The translations under genes and the position numbers were made by a program. Positions 62,923-64,000 of a stretch of DNA of 64,000 bases are shown here, one piece after another (positions within the stretch are counted from its first letter, which is position 1; the number at the start of each line of letters is the position of its first letter). This stretch comes from Alphaproteobacteria bacterium (GTDB lineage Bacteria > Pseudomonadota > Alphaproteobacteria > MPNO01 > UBA830): NCBI GenBank assembly GCA_964291215.2, contig OZ219791.1, positions 3,104,001-3,168,000 on the forward strand. Reading direction: 5' to 3'. The notes beneath the pieces were generated by a model that made no database searches, was not told the origin of the DNA, and worked only from the letters and a program-made list of their open reading frames with translations.

Positions 62923-64000
62923 ATGATCACACGCGACCTCGCCCCCAGGCTGACGAAGGCGGCGCAGACTTGGCCGTCCATCACGCTCACCGGACCTCGG
63001 CAGAGCGGAAAGACGACCTTGTGCCGGGCCCTGTTCCCACAGCATCAGTACGAGACGCTGGAAGCGCCCGATATGCGGTCCTTCGCCGCCGAAGACCCCC
63101 GCGCCTTTCTGGCGCAGTTTCCGAAAGGCGCGATTCTCGACGAGGTCCAGAGGGTGCCGGACCTGCTCTCCTACCTACAAGGCATCATCGACGCAGACCC
63201 GGCTCCAGGCTGCTGGATTCTCACGGGCTCGCAAAATCTCTCTCTGCTCGAATCGGTCAGCCAGTCGCTGGCAGGACGGACGGCAGTATACAACCTCCTT
63301 CCGCTGACGAGAGGCGAGACGATCCGATTTCCCCGGCATCCCGAGACTCTCGACGAGACTCTCTTCACCGGTTCCTACCCGCGCATATTCGATGAAGAAC
63401 AGGAAGCCTCGGACTGGCTCGGTTCCTACATCGCCACCTACATTGAGCGCGATGTGCGGACGATCAGCAATGTAGGCGATCTCACGACCTTTCAGCGTTT
63501 CGTGACCCTTTGTGCGGGCCGGACAGCGCAATTGCTCAACTACTCGTCGCTCGCAGGGGATTGCGGCATCTCGCAACCGACGGCAAAATCCTGGCTAAGC
63601 ATCCTTGAGACCAGCTTCATCGCTTTCCGCCTTCCGGTCCTTCACACGAATCTTCGCAAGCGCTTGGTGAAGATGCCGAAGCTGCATTTCTATGATACCG
63701 GGATCGTCTGCTGGTTGCTGGGCATCCGCACCCCCGAACAACTCCGCACGCATCCGCTTCGCGGCCCGATCTTCGAAACCTGGGCAGCTTCGGAGATCGC
63801 CAAACATCGGGCCAACCAGGGTGAGGCCAATGGGATTTCGTTTTATCGTGACCGGAACGGCGCGGAGGCCGATCTTCTGGTGGAAAGCCCCGCCGGCACC
63901 ATGATCGTGGAAGCCAAGACTTCCGAGACAGCATCGTCCACCCTGTTCGACGGTGCCAAACGCGTCCGAAAGTACCTTGCCCGATCGACCCACCGATGCC
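62923..64000 (+). CDS. AAA_14 + DUF4143 ATP-binding protein (partial, runs off window)
   Basis: MITRDL...TGPRQSGKTT, ILDEVQR, ILTGS, GSYP, TYIERDVR, PKLHFYDTG and FYRDRNGAEADL. Confidence 0.9.
   Translation, partial: MITRDLAPRLTKAAQTWPSITLTGPRQSGKTTLCRALFPQHQYETLEAPDMRSFAAEDPRAFLAQFPKGAILDEVQRVPDLLSYLQGIIDADPAPGCWILTGSQNLSLLESVSQSLAGRTAVYNLLPLTRGETIRFPRHPETLDETLFTGSYPRIFDEEQEASDWLGSYIATYIERDVRTISNVGDLTTFQRFVTLCAGRTAQLLNYSSLAGDCGISQPTAKSWLSILETSFIAFRLPVLHTNLRKRLVKMPKLHFYDTGIVCWLLGIRTPEQLRTHPLRGPIFETWAASEIAKHRANQGEANGISFYRDRNGAEADLLVESPAGTMIVEAKTSETASSTLFDGAKRVRKYLARSTHRC

Overview
GC-rich bacterial accessory region, probably alphaproteobacterial. The FN3 autotransporter and ICE-type genes resemble those of marine sponge symbionts, which is an inference. 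Both ends carry decayed integrative/conjugative-element genes on the minus strand: VWA/peptidase, DUF3150-like and AAA ATPase at left; RHH, DUF2493, ssb, a Cys-repeat protein and a tyrosine integrase at right. Between them lie four things. (i) A 1860-aa FN3/Calx-beta autotransporter whose SD-led ATG is out of frame across a C18 tract, suggesting phase variation. (ii) An intact 14-kb catabolic operon with three tandem UbiD paralogues, a ThDP enzyme, a NitT/TauT ABC importer, a Rieske + small protein + amidohydrolase-fold putative dinuclear monooxygenase, and MmgE/PrpD; no ubiX is in the window. (iii) A second intact LacI-controlled cluster: sugar-type ABC, MetE-like, bicupin, tandem SnoaL and RraA. 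(iv) Many nested, decayed mobile elements: ISAs1 with ~220-bp TIRs, a group II intron inside IS1634, IS4 inside IS256, IS66 carrying a Dam-like methylase, IS5 and an IS630 MITE. Neutral DNA is riddled with short microhomology-flanked deletions. No rRNA, tRNA or CRISPR array was seen. All family calls come from motif recognition, not database searches.
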